Below, piece after piece: positions 49,424 to 60,083 of a stretch of 64,000 nucleotides of DNA (position 1 is the stretch's first letter; every line of letters begins with the position of its first letter). The position numbers and the translations under genes were made by a program. The DNA comes from Candidatus Poribacteria bacterium (GTDB lineage: Bacteria; Poribacteria; WGA-4E; WGA-3G), in contig OZ243938.1 in NCBI GenBank assembly GCA_965214095.1, positions 1,536,001-1,600,000 of the forward strand, given 5' to 3'. The notes beneath the pieces were generated by a model. The model was not told the origin of the DNA. It ran no database searches and saw nothing but the letters and a program-made list of their open reading frames with translations.

Positions 49424-51418
49424 ATGGAAACCACAAAAACACAAACAACCACCCCTTTTCACTTTGATGATAGCAAAGTATGTAATTGGACACTTCCCGA
49501 AGGTGCAATCGCTCGATTAGGACGTGGAAGTGTACGTGATATGGAATTTTCACCGGATGGACAGTACTTCGCTGTTGGAACAACAATAGGACTTTGGATG
49601 TATCAACTTTCAACACTTTCCCCAATCACGCTCTGGGAAACTGATAGAGGATATATTGAAAGTGTTACATTCTCACCTGATGGTCGATGGATTGCTTCAA
49701 CTACACTTAACGAAGCACTCAGGGTGTGGGATATCCAGAACAAGAGTTGTATTACTGAGATGGAATTTAAGGAGAAACATACCAATTTCGGAATTGACAA
49801 ACCTGTTTTTTCCGCAGATGGAGACTGTCTTGTTGCATTTAATGTGAACAACAAGGTTTATTTTTTGTGTCCTCGCACCGGTACGAAAATGAGAGAAACA
49901 GAAATCAAAGTAAATGGAACAGAAAACGAAACAATTGATGGGATCTATCCCACTTGTTTTTCTCCGGATATCAGTTTGTTGGCAGGTGCGTGTTGCGATC
50001 ATAGAAACCGTACCGTTGAATTCATTGCACTGTGGGATGTGGAGACAGGTGAACAAGTCACTCGTCTTGAATGGACTGAAAGATGGGGTAACCTCTGTTT
50101 TTCACCGTGTGGAAGGTTTCTTGCTGCCGGCAGTTCAGAGGGTAAAATTCATGTGTGGGATGTGGAAAGTGGAAGTCTGATTGCAAGCTATTCTGACTAT
50201 GGAGATGCACGGATGACACCACATTATCCCTCGGAAGGTGGATTGATTGCAACTATGGTTTTTCCATCTGAACCCAAAATTGAAGTCTGGGATTTAGAAA
50301 GAAACGAAAAAATGGCGACGTTCGAAAAAGGGAGCAAACATAGTTTTGTCCGTTTTTCGAAAGATGACACAAAATTTGCATATACTGATGATGGGGAAAT
50401 CAAATTCTGGACAAAAGAAAAACCCATCTCGAAATTACTGCCGAGTATTAAAGGACATACACGTCCAGTCAGTTCATTAGTCTATGCAACAGATGAGAAA
50501 ACGCTTGTGGCTACGTACTGGGGGTGGAAAGCACTTTTTTGGGATGTTCCACGCAGACGAGGACAACGTCCAACTGGAACAGATTTACCCACAAGTAAAA
50601 CACTTCATCTCTATCAGGACAATGAGGGGAAAGTATATGCAACGGGTGGAGACAGTGCCTACCTAAGAGTGTGGAAGAATGGCAATAGTGAATCAATCAC
50701 CGATATTCCAATACATGAGCAAAAACTGCAATCAATCACAGGTAGTGAGGCGTTCGCATTAACAGCAGACCGGATAGCGCGGGCAGATAGAGATCATAAC
50801 ATCTATGTATGGATGTGTAAATCGAAATCAAATAGTAGTGATAATAAAAAGGACTGGATATTGCAAGTAAATCTGACCGGACATACAGAATACATTGAAG
50901 CTTTGGCATTTAGTCCTGACGCAAAACAACTCGTGAGTATATCGCGAGATAAAACTGCCAGATTATGGGATGTTGAATCAGGAGAACAGATCATACAACT
51001 ACCTTTAACCCCGCCTTCAAGTCCCAGACGATACCGAAGTTATGACAGAGGTATTACATTTTCACCTCGTGGAGACTTAATTGCAGGTGGACAGTGGGGA
51101 GAGATAGTGCTGTGGAATGCGACAGATGGAAAAATCTATAGGACAATTCCACAACCAGAAGGAAATCAGCGACCGATTACATTATGTTTTTCACCATGTG
51201 GGGAGTATCTCCTTTCCGGTTCATGGTGGCAAGGTGGTTTGCAGAAAGTGCCTATCCGTTTGTGGAAAGTAGCGACAGGTGAGAATATTGCCACGTTTTC
51301 TGGACACACTACAGACGTTCAGTGTTTTGCATTTAATCAGGATTGCACTGTTCTCGCCAGCGGTGGATATGATGGGGTAATATTCCTCTGGGATTTGAAA
51401 CCGTATATCAATTCATAA
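49424..51418 (+). CDS. WD40 repeat protein 3
   Basis: WTLPEGAIARLGRG, WD blades, GHTTD..LWDLKP. Confidence 0.93.
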   Translation: METTKTQTTTPFHFDDSKVCNWTLPEGAIARLGRGSVRDMEFSPDGQYFAVGTTIGLWMYQLSTLSPITLWETDRGYIESVTFSPDGRWIASTTLNEALRVWDIQNKSCITEMEFKEKHTNFGIDKPVFSADGDCLVAFNVNNKVYFLCPRTGTKMRETEIKVNGTENETIDGIYPTCFSPDISLLAGACCDHRNRTVEFIALWDVETGEQVTRLEWTERWGNLCFSPCGRFLAAGSSEGKIHVWDVESGSLIASYSDYGDARMTPHYPSEGGLIATMVFPSEPKIEVWDLERNEKMATFEKGSKHSFVRFSKDDTKFAYTDDGEIKFWTKEKPISKLLPSIKGHTRPVSSLVYATDEKTLVATYWGWKALFWDVPRRRGQRPTGTDLPTSKTLHLYQDNEGKVYATGGDSAYLRVWKNGNSESITDIPIHEQKLQSITGSEAFALTADRIARADRDHNIYVWMCKSKSNSSDNKKDWILQVNLTGHTEYIEALAFSPDAKQLVSISRDKTARLWDVESGEQIIQLPLTPPSSPRRYRSYDRGITFSPRGDLIAGGQWGEIVLWNATDGKIYRTIPQPEGNQRPITLCFSPCGEYLLSGSWWQGGLQKVPIRLWKVATGENIATFSGHTTDVQCFAFNQDCTVLASGGYDGVIFLWDLKPYINS

Positions 51419-51512
51419 CATTCCTCGTCAATTCTCTTGGTCAAATTCGCAATTCATCTCAACGTGCAAGATTAACGAATCTCGCCATTTATTAGAGTAA
51501 GGAGACATCATT

Positions 51513-53522
51513 ATGAAAAATGAAACCACATCAACCCCAGTACTTAGACCACATGATGACACAGATGTAACAACATGGGAACTGCCCGAAGGGGCAATTG
51601 CTCGATTGGGACGGGGTGGTCTGAGGGATATGGCATTTTCACCAGATGGACATCATTTTGCAGTCGGAACGAACATAGGACTCTGGATATACGAACTTTC
51701 CACGCTGTCCCCGATCGCGCTGTGGGAAACGGATAGGGGATATATTGATAGTGTTACATTTTCACCAGATGCTCAATGGCTTGCCGCATATACATATCAG
51801 CAAGCACTCAGAGTATGGGACATCCAAAATCAAGTGTGTGTTGCAGAGATGGAGTTGCCGAAAGGACGAAAAGGGCAGATTCGTTTGTCTAATATGAAAC
51901 CGATCTTTTCTCAAGATGGAGAAGAACTCTTCGCTTTCAATTATTTCATCGGGAGGGTTTATATCTGGTGTCCACGAACTGGCGCGTTAAAAAATGAAAT
52001 AGAGATAAAATTAAGTGATACTGACATCAAATCCATAAATGCCATCTATCCAAGCTACTTTTCTCCAGATTTGAGTTTGTTGGCAGGCACTTGTTACGAT
52101 CATAGTGACCGTACCGCTGAATTCATTGCAGTGTGGCAGGTAGAAACGGGAGAACAAATCGCTCGTCTTGATTGGACTGAAAGGTGGGGTCGTCATTGCT
52201 TTTCGCCGTGTGGACGATTTTTTGCTACCACTGGCTCAGAAGGAAGATTACATGTGTGGAACGTGGAGACTGGAAACCTTGAGGAAACCTATACCGATCA
52301 CGAGGATACTCAAATACATCCATATTATACACCGGAAGGTGAATTAATAGCCGCGGTAGTCTTTCCATCTCAGCCTAAACTTGAAGTCTGGAATTTAAAA
52401 AAAGGTGAAAAAATTGACACATGTGAACATCAGAGTCAGGGAAGTTCTGTTCGTTTTTCGACGAGTGGTACACAATTCGCCTACACTGATAGAGGTGAAA
52501 TCAAAATCTGGATAGAAGGTAGCCCCATCGCTCAAGCATGCCCGACTATTCAGGGGCACACTGGGACTGTCGGTTCATTAGTCTTCGCACCGGATAAAAA
52601 AACGTTAGTGACTGCCTACTGGGGTAGGAACACGGTTTTATGGGATGTTTCAAGTCAGTGTGCCCGATATCCAACCGAAAAAGAACTACCCAATAGTATA
52701 CGTGATGTTTACCCGACTTCAATCGGGACAATCTTTGCTGTTGGCGGAGACGAAAAAACATTAGAAGTATGTGAGTTTGGAAGCGGTGAATCCATCGCTG
52801 AAATTCCTATTCCTGAATCCGGGTTGTTATTGGGAACGGGGACCGATGCGTCAGCACTGACAGCTCAACGGTTGGCACGTGCTGGTAAAGATCGCAACAT
52901 CTATGTGTGGGAGTACACACCTTCATCTAATGAAATAAACGAAGGAGGAAACTGGGAAAAGTGTGCCGTCCTTATAGGACACGCAGAATATGTTAATGCG
53001 TTGGCATTGAGTCCCGATGGAAAGCGGCTCGCAAGTATCCCTATAGTGCGTCGTCCACAAAAACGAACCGCTCTATTATGGGATGTTGATGCTGAAGAAC
53101 AGATTACTCAGTTACCCCTAACTACACCGGAACGGGGAGGATATAACAGTTACCAGACGGGGATAACGTTTTCACCAGATGGTAACATAATCGCTGGTGG
53201 ATTTTGGAACGAGATTGTTTTGTGGGATGCAACAGATGGAAAAACGCTTATGACGATTCCTCAATCGGAAGAGAATCAGCGACCAATTACACTTCGTTTC
53301 ACGCCGTGCGGCCAATATTTGGTTGCGGGTGCTTGGTGGAAAGGTGGACTAAAAAAGACATCCATCTGTTTATGGGAAGTCGCAACAGGTAAGAGGATCA
53401 CCACGTTTAAGGGACATACCACTGATGTACAGTGCTTTGCATTTTCGCAGGACTGTACCGTTCTTGCAAGTGGTGGACATGATGGTGCGATTTACCTTTG
53501 GGATCTGAAACCTTATCTGTAG
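51513..53522 (+). CDS. WD40 repeat protein 4 (close paralog of 3)
   Basis: Same architecture; shares e.g. YPxxFSPDxSLLAG, RLxWTERWG and GHTTDVQCFAF with protein 3. Confidence 0.93.
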   Translation: MKNETTSTPVLRPHDDTDVTTWELPEGAIARLGRGGLRDMAFSPDGHHFAVGTNIGLWIYELSTLSPIALWETDRGYIDSVTFSPDAQWLAAYTYQQALRVWDIQNQVCVAEMELPKGRKGQIRLSNMKPIFSQDGEELFAFNYFIGRVYIWCPRTGALKNEIEIKLSDTDIKSINAIYPSYFSPDLSLLAGTCYDHSDRTAEFIAVWQVETGEQIARLDWTERWGRHCFSPCGRFFATTGSEGRLHVWNVETGNLEETYTDHEDTQIHPYYTPEGELIAAVVFPSQPKLEVWNLKKGEKIDTCEHQSQGSSVRFSTSGTQFAYTDRGEIKIWIEGSPIAQACPTIQGHTGTVGSLVFAPDKKTLVTAYWGRNTVLWDVSSQCARYPTEKELPNSIRDVYPTSIGTIFAVGGDEKTLEVCEFGSGESIAEIPIPESGLLLGTGTDASALTAQRLARAGKDRNIYVWEYTPSSNEINEGGNWEKCAVLIGHAEYVNALALSPDGKRLASIPIVRRPQKRTALLWDVDAEEQITQLPLTTPERGGYNSYQTGITFSPDGNIIAGGFWNEIVLWDATDGKTLMTIPQSEENQRPITLRFTPCGQYLVAGAWWKGGLKKTSICLWEVATGKRITTFKGHTTDVQCFAFSQDCTVLASGGHDGAIYLWDLKPYL

Positions 53523-53540
53523 AATACAAGGAGATGTTTT

Positions 53541-55550
53541 ATGGAAAACAGAAAACCTATAATCCCTACATTTAGACCTTACCAAGACGCAGATGTGACA
53601 ACTTGGGGACTGCCCGATGGAGCAATTGCACGGTTAGGACGAGGCGTTATACGCGATATTGCAATTTCTTCAGAAAAAAGGATTTTTGCTGTTGCTACTC
53701 ACATCGGAACATGGATATATGAACTTGATACAAAGCAACCCGTTGCATTATTGGATACCGAAAGAGGTATGGTTAGTAACGTCGCTCTTTCTGGCAATGG
53801 TCAGTGGATTGCCACCAGTAATTGGGACTGTATCATTAAAGTACAAGAAACAGATACCCAACAGTGTGTTGCCAAAATACAAGGATGGTACAAAAACACC
53901 TCCCAACTCACCTTCTCACCTGACAATCAATATATTGCCGCAACGGGTTATGGATACGGAGACGTATATATGTGGCACACACAATCCGGGAAACATGTCG
54001 CAAGTTTCAGGTTGGAAGGTAGGGTGGAAGGGAAACGTAAGAAAGATGAAAGGTACCCCACCCGTTACCCAATCTGCTTTTCACCTGATGGGCAGCTGCT
54101 GGCTTATGCTTCTGATAAGTTCACTCTCACTGTCCGACACCTAAAATCGCAACAACGTATCGCATCTTTGCCTACAACTCTTCATCTATCCAGTCAATGT
54201 TATGTATATGGTCTCGTTTTCTCACCATGTAGTCAGTTTCTTGCTGCAAGTGTTCAAGATCTCAATACAGAAAAAAACATTGAGGTGCAAGTGTGGAATA
54301 TCAATAAAGAGACCTTAGAGACAACATACACAGACATCGGTGGAACTCGAGTGCTTCCTGCATATACCCCCGAAAATGCCTTACAAGTTGCTGTTACCTA
54401 TAAAAATAAGATCGTCATGTTAGATGGGTCTCAAGGAGAAAAACTTGACTCCATTGAATACCAAACTACTCCTAAAGCAGTCAATGTTTCTTCTGATGGA
54501 CAACTGTGGGTGATCATTACTTCGCATCAGATCAACGTATGGCAGGCAGATTCATCCATCACAGTAATTCCAATCGAAGAACCTTCTTCACCATCCAATG
54601 CTATGTTTTTCTCTCAATCGGATAATATGTTGATATGCAAGTACTGGAGCGAAAGTAGTATTGTCTTTTGGGATATTGGTAAGAAACAGAGGATTCGACC
54701 ACCGATTATGGTAAATAGTAACGGCAAAAAGTGTGCCCTGTCACCCTGTGAAAATTTGTTGGCTCTCATAGGAGAAGATATGCAGACGCTTGAAGTCTGG
54801 AATATCGCATCAGGAACTCAAATAGCAGAACTCTCCGAACATAAGAGTTCAATTTCTGCCATGGCCTTTTCACCTTCAGGTCAACACCTCATCAGCGGTG
54901 ATACTGATGGAAATCTTGTTGTGTGGAGTGTCCAGCGATGGGAAAAGCAGTACGCATTCATCGCTCATACAGATGTAATTAAAGCTATAGCCATTCACCC
55001 AAATTGTCAGAAATTTGCAACCGTCGAATGGGATGGTCCTGTCCATTTGTGGGATGTTACGAGTGGGAAACAACTTGGATCACCAAGTGTAGACTTCACT
55101 TTAGCTGATACATCTCTGTATAAAGGAGATGCACGTGAAATCCATCGTCATATCAATCAAAGTTCAAAAACGGAATGGATCAATTCCATTGCATTTTCTC
55201 CATGTGGTACATTTATTGCAGGTGGACTTTATGGAGAAGTGCGCTTCTGGGATTCAGCAACTTTAGAACCCTACATGGGGTTGATTCTACCCGAAAGTTG
55301 CTGGCGTGTCGGCAAGGTAGTATTTTCCCCATGTGGAAGGTATCTTGTCTCAGGTACTTGGTGGAACAAAACAGACAAAGTCTCCATCCGAATATGGGAA
55401 GTTGCTACTGGAGAAAACATCCATACATTCTGGGGACATCCATCAGATATTCAAAATCTCGCTCTTTCAAAGGGTGGAGAACTCTTGGCAAGTAGTAGTT
55501 ATGAGGGCACTATCTTGCTATGGGATCTTAAACCGTATATCAGCACATAA
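53541..55550 (+). CDS. WD40 repeat protein 5
   Basis: TTWGLPDGAIARLGRG, WD blades. Confidence 0.93.
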   Translation: MENRKPIIPTFRPYQDADVTTWGLPDGAIARLGRGVIRDIAISSEKRIFAVATHIGTWIYELDTKQPVALLDTERGMVSNVALSGNGQWIATSNWDCIIKVQETDTQQCVAKIQGWYKNTSQLTFSPDNQYIAATGYGYGDVYMWHTQSGKHVASFRLEGRVEGKRKKDERYPTRYPICFSPDGQLLAYASDKFTLTVRHLKSQQRIASLPTTLHLSSQCYVYGLVFSPCSQFLAASVQDLNTEKNIEVQVWNINKETLETTYTDIGGTRVLPAYTPENALQVAVTYKNKIVMLDGSQGEKLDSIEYQTTPKAVNVSSDGQLWVIITSHQINVWQADSSITVIPIEEPSSPSNAMFFSQSDNMLICKYWSESSIVFWDIGKKQRIRPPIMVNSNGKKCALSPCENLLALIGEDMQTLEVWNIASGTQIAELSEHKSSISAMAFSPSGQHLISGDTDGNLVVWSVQRWEKQYAFIAHTDVIKAIAIHPNCQKFATVEWDGPVHLWDVTSGKQLGSPSVDFTLADTSLYKGDAREIHRHINQSSKTEWINSIAFSPCGTFIAGGLYGEVRFWDSATLEPYMGLILPESCWRVGKVVFSPCGRYLVSGTWWNKTDKVSIRIWEVATGENIHTFWGHPSDIQNLALSKGGELLASSSYEGTILLWDLKPYIST

Positions 55551-55645
55551 ATATGCCTTGTCATTTCTCTTGGTCAATTTCTTGAACAACTTAATTTGTA
55601 ACATTAACGACTCTCGCCATTTATAAGTGTAAAGGAGACATCATT

Positions 55646-57838
55646 TTGAGAAACAAACACACTTCAACTCCCGCTCTGCGACCACTTAACGACACAGATG
55701 TAACAACTTGGGAACTCCCTGAAGGCGCAATTGCTCGTTTAGGCAGAGGGCAGATAGGCAAAATAGCATTTTCACCCGATGGGACACATCTTGCTGTTCC
55801 AACACGTATCGGTTGTTGGTTGTATGACCTTGATACGATGACAAACCGCGCATTATGGGGAACAGAGCGTGGGATGGTCGCAACCATCTCATTTTCTGAC
55901 GATGCACAATGGGTTGCTACCAGCGACTGGGATGGTGTTGTGAAGATATGGAACACGCAAAACCTACAATGTGTCGCAGAAATAGATGTGCCCGAGGATT
56001 CGAGAGCTGTAAGAGTCGCGGCTACCAATGTCACCTTTTTGCCTGATAGACAACACTTAGCCATGTACTATTGTGACACATATTCCGACCAGACTCCAAG
56101 ATACTATGACAGACAGTGTGCCGTTTACGACTGGCGTACAGACATCGACACGCCTATCAAAAGCTACACAATAAAATCTGGGCGGGAAGGAGGCAACGTT
56201 GCTCCCAAAGTAATTTCATCAGATGGCAGCCTCTTTGCATACACGTCTGATGCAAACATGACATCCGTCATTTGTATGGAAACTAAGGAACTGATTGCAG
56301 AACTTCACGATGACTACACCGAAGAATCTGTAAGTGGATGTGACAGACTCGTTTTTTCTCCCTGTGGAGAGTATCTCGCCGCCTGTAACAGGGGAAACAA
56401 GGTGCATATATGGAATATACATAATGGCACCTTGGAAATGGCACCTACCACTTATGGTGAAAATCACTACATAATGTTTGGCATACCTTCTTATACGAAG
56501 GATGGGACCTTACAGGTTGCTGGTATCGGTGGCATGAAAGTCGTGTTATGGGATGCAGCTCAACAGGAGACAATAGATACTTTTGAATCTTGGAATCCGT
56601 CTAATATCAGTGCATGTTTTTCAAAAGATGGCACACGTTTTGCTGTTGCTAATGCACGCGGAGAACTCCATGTCTGGACAGAAGGGGCAGCAGCACTTGC
56701 ATCTCTCCCTGTACATCATCAGAACGCCGGTTCAGTAAGTTTTTCTAAAGATGGTCGTACACTGGTAAGTACACACCGGACCCATTCCGCAGTCTGTGTA
56801 TGGAATGTTACAAGCCGACAGGTTAAACGCACATTCCACTTTGAGAACAGGAACCCCAATATACCCGGTGGCATTGTTACCTCACCCGGTGGGGAACTAT
56901 TGGCAATCAACAAAGCAAAGGAAGATTCAATTAGTGTTTGGCATCTTCCATCTGACACACAAGTCACAGAATTCACCGGAAAAAAATTGAGAGTCAGAAA
57001 AATGGTGTTCTCACCAACTGGGGAATATCTTGTGAGTGTAAACAATCTTACCTCTATTAAAGTTTGGCATGTTGCATCCGGTACACAAGTCACTGAACTT
57101 CCCAAAAGTCCATCTTCACATGTGTTCAAGATAGGGTTCTCACCTACAGGGGCATACTTCGTTGTCATCTATGGAGATAGTATCGCTGTGTGGGATGTGC
57201 AGCAATGGGAAAAACACTATCACGCACCACTAACACCACAAACATATCCGGGCTGGAAGTTGCATTTTGATTTGGATGGTAAGCAGTTTTACACTCGTCC
57301 TCCAAGAGGAGCTGCTATAGTCTGGAATTTCAAAAGCGACGAACAAATCGGATTGCTTGATATTGAACCATGTATAGATACTTCTATATATAAAGGCATG
57401 CTACAAGACCTTCAACGTGCCCAAGAGCGTCAGAGGGAAGGTCCCCGTCGCATTAGAGCACTCCAGACTTCTACTTGTCATGACATTATCGCTGGTGGAA
57501 TGTGGGGTGAAATTAGACTTTGGGACGCAACTACCTTCAAAACGCTGATGGCACTAATTCAACCTACAGGATATCAAGCACCCTACGCGCTCGCATTTTC
57601 ACCATGTGGTAAATACCTTGCCTCTGGTTCTCGATGGGACCCGAAATGGGAAAAGGGACAGCAAAAAACCTCCGTCCGTTTGTGGGATATTGCCACGTGT
57701 GAAAATTTTCACACCTTCTGGGCACACCCTACTGATATATTATCGGTCAATTTTTCACCGGATGGCAAACTGCTGGCAAGTAGTAGTTATGATGGCACCA
57801 TCCTCCTTTGGGATGTAAAACCCTTTATAAGTGCTTAA
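55646..57838 (+). CDS. WD40 repeat protein 6
   Basis: Same architecture; AAGGAG RBS, TTG start. Confidence 0.93.
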   Translation: MRNKHTSTPALRPLNDTDVTTWELPEGAIARLGRGQIGKIAFSPDGTHLAVPTRIGCWLYDLDTMTNRALWGTERGMVATISFSDDAQWVATSDWDGVVKIWNTQNLQCVAEIDVPEDSRAVRVAATNVTFLPDRQHLAMYYCDTYSDQTPRYYDRQCAVYDWRTDIDTPIKSYTIKSGREGGNVAPKVISSDGSLFAYTSDANMTSVICMETKELIAELHDDYTEESVSGCDRLVFSPCGEYLAACNRGNKVHIWNIHNGTLEMAPTTYGENHYIMFGIPSYTKDGTLQVAGIGGMKVVLWDAAQQETIDTFESWNPSNISACFSKDGTRFAVANARGELHVWTEGAAALASLPVHHQNAGSVSFSKDGRTLVSTHRTHSAVCVWNVTSRQVKRTFHFENRNPNIPGGIVTSPGGELLAINKAKEDSISVWHLPSDTQVTEFTGKKLRVRKMVFSPTGEYLVSVNNLTSIKVWHVASGTQVTELPKSPSSHVFKIGFSPTGAYFVVIYGDSIAVWDVQQWEKHYHAPLTPQTYPGWKLHFDLDGKQFYTRPPRGAAIVWNFKSDEQIGLLDIEPCIDTSIYKGMLQDLQRAQERQREGPRRIRALQTSTCHDIIAGGMWGEIRLWDATTFKTLMALIQPTGYQAPYALAFSPCGKYLASGSRWDPKWEKGQQKTSVRLWDIATCENFHTFWAHPTDILSVNFSPDGKLLASSSYDGTILLWDVKPFISA

Positions 57839-57970
57839 AGCCATTCATGTCAATTCACCGATAGTATATCGGCTGCTGCTGGCATAGTGAACTCACCCAA
57901 CCAACTTCGTAATAAGCATGCTAGACACTTAAACCTCAAACACTTTTTGGCAACAACAGGAGGCACTTTT

Positions 57971-60007
57971 ATGGAAAACAGACAACCTTTAACTCCCGTA
58001 CTGCGACCACTTAACGACACTGATGTAACAACTTGGGAACTCTCCGAAGGTGCAATTGCCCGATTCGGACACGGATTGAGACTTGACGTAGAATTCTCAC
58101 CCGATGCCGCATATCTTTCCGTAGCAACAAAAATTGGATTCTGGCTATATGATACGGATACCCTTGCACCTCGCGCATTGTGGGGTACCGAACGCGGCAT
58201 GATGAATGTCGCCACCTTCTCGCATGATTCACGTTGGATTGCCACTGGTGACCAAGACGGGATTCTCAAGGTGTGGGATACACAAAACGGACAGTGCGTT
58301 GCAAAAACTGACTGGGGAGGTACTGAGGAACGCAATGTCATCCTTCATGCCCACTTTTCACTGGACGATCAATATCTCGCTGCTTCCGGTTTTGGACATA
58401 GTGCTGTCTATACCTGGAATAGAGAACTCAACGCACCTATCAGGAATTTTAAACTTGAAAAGCCAAAATTAGCGGATTATAGAAAAGAAGGTACTTCTTA
58501 TGACAGATATTTTCCCATCGCTTTTTCACCCAACAGTAATCTATTCGCTTATGTGTCTTCACCGGAAGCAGTAACGGTTTCAGATATAAACACAAGTGAA
58601 GAGATAGCACACCTCACGGGACACACTACCCCATTACATACCCTCCTGTTTTCACCCTGTGGACAACACCTTGCGAGTGCAAGTCGTGGCACTGCAGTTC
58701 AAGTATGGGATATTCATAATGAATCTCTTGTTATGGCACCCAAAACATATCAAGGTGAAAGAGTAAGACTTGCGTACACACCAGATGAGACATTACGTGT
58801 TGCAGACATTTATAATGACAAAGTGGTAATGTGGGATGCTTCACAGCACAAAAAGTTGGATACCTTCAACACTATTGGGAATACAGACAGTAAGGCAAGG
58901 TTTTCAAACGATGGAACAAAATTCGCAATTACATGCAGGAACCGCAAAATCCAAATATGGCATGAAGATGATTCTACTACAAAATCGTTCTTTTCTGGAT
59001 ATGGAAGTATTCCTTATTCGGTGGCATTTATGCAGGATAACAAAACATTGATCGGTGGGAACTGGGGAGGTACTGGTAAGTTATTTTGGGATATAAATAG
59101 ACGGGAAGTCCAGCGGATACTGCCACCAGAGAAACGCAGTTCTTCCAGAGGATGCATGACGTTGTCTCCAGATGATCAACTCTTGGCTATTGATACAGGA
59201 GACAATGATATACACGTCTGGCATGTTGAAACTGATGAATTAGTTGCAGAACTAACAGGACATGAAAATCGGATTTATTCGTTGACGTTTTCTCCTACCG
59301 GTAAATACCTTGTCAGTGGAGGATGGAAAGACGAATTATACGTTTGGGATGTCGCGCGCTGGGAAAAACATCACACACTTATAGGACATACAAGTTCAAT
59401 TGAGGCAATTGCATTCCATCCTGATGGAAAACGGTTCGTTACCTCCTCCAGGGATGGAACAGCCTTGCTATGGAATGTTGAAACCGGAGAACAAATCTCA
59501 CCACTTCCTTTACCTGAAACCTTAGAGGATGTCTCTCTATACAGGGGTGAACCAGACGAAATTGAACGAGTTATCAATGGTGGGAATCTTCAATATAAGA
59601 AATATCAACACATGCAATCTATTGTTTTTTCGCCTTGTGGCAACTGGATTGCTGGTGGACTCGGCACATGGATCGCTGATGCGTTAATAAATGAAATCCG
59701 ATTGTGGGACACAGAAACGTTAGAAACACGCATGATATTCCTTCAACCTCATGGATGTATTCGTCCGTGGGCATTAGCATTTTCTCCGTGTGGAAAGTAT
59801 CTCGCATCAGGTGCTTGGTGGAAATGGGGATTAGACAAAGCACCTATCCACTTGTGGGAAATGACGACTGGCGAAAATATCCATACTTTCTGGGGACACG
59901 CATCGGATGTTCAAGATGTAGCCTTTTCACCAGATGGAAAATATTTGGCAAGTGGCAGTTATGATGGCACTGTCCTATTGTGGGCTATGGAACCATTTCT
60001 TGATTAG
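57971..60007 (+). CDS. WD40 repeat protein 7
   Basis: AGGAGG RBS before MENRQP; WD blades. Confidence 0.93.
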   Translation: MENRQPLTPVLRPLNDTDVTTWELSEGAIARFGHGLRLDVEFSPDAAYLSVATKIGFWLYDTDTLAPRALWGTERGMMNVATFSHDSRWIATGDQDGILKVWDTQNGQCVAKTDWGGTEERNVILHAHFSLDDQYLAASGFGHSAVYTWNRELNAPIRNFKLEKPKLADYRKEGTSYDRYFPIAFSPNSNLFAYVSSPEAVTVSDINTSEEIAHLTGHTTPLHTLLFSPCGQHLASASRGTAVQVWDIHNESLVMAPKTYQGERVRLAYTPDETLRVADIYNDKVVMWDASQHKKLDTFNTIGNTDSKARFSNDGTKFAITCRNRKIQIWHEDDSTTKSFFSGYGSIPYSVAFMQDNKTLIGGNWGGTGKLFWDINRREVQRILPPEKRSSSRGCMTLSPDDQLLAIDTGDNDIHVWHVETDELVAELTGHENRIYSLTFSPTGKYLVSGGWKDELYVWDVARWEKHHTLIGHTSSIEAIAFHPDGKRFVTSSRDGTALLWNVETGEQISPLPLPETLEDVSLYRGEPDEIERVINGGNLQYKKYQHMQSIVFSPCGNWIAGGLGTWIADALINEIRLWDTETLETRMIFLQPHGCIRPWALAFSPCGKYLASGAWWKWGLDKAPIHLWEMTTGENIHTFWGHASDVQDVAFSPDGKYLASGSYDGTVLLWAMEPFLD

Positions 60008-60083
60008 CATATATATGCATCAGATTGAACTAAAGTATTCTTTAGTGTCCAAACAAGCTGTAGCAATTGCTGAGGAGATTATT

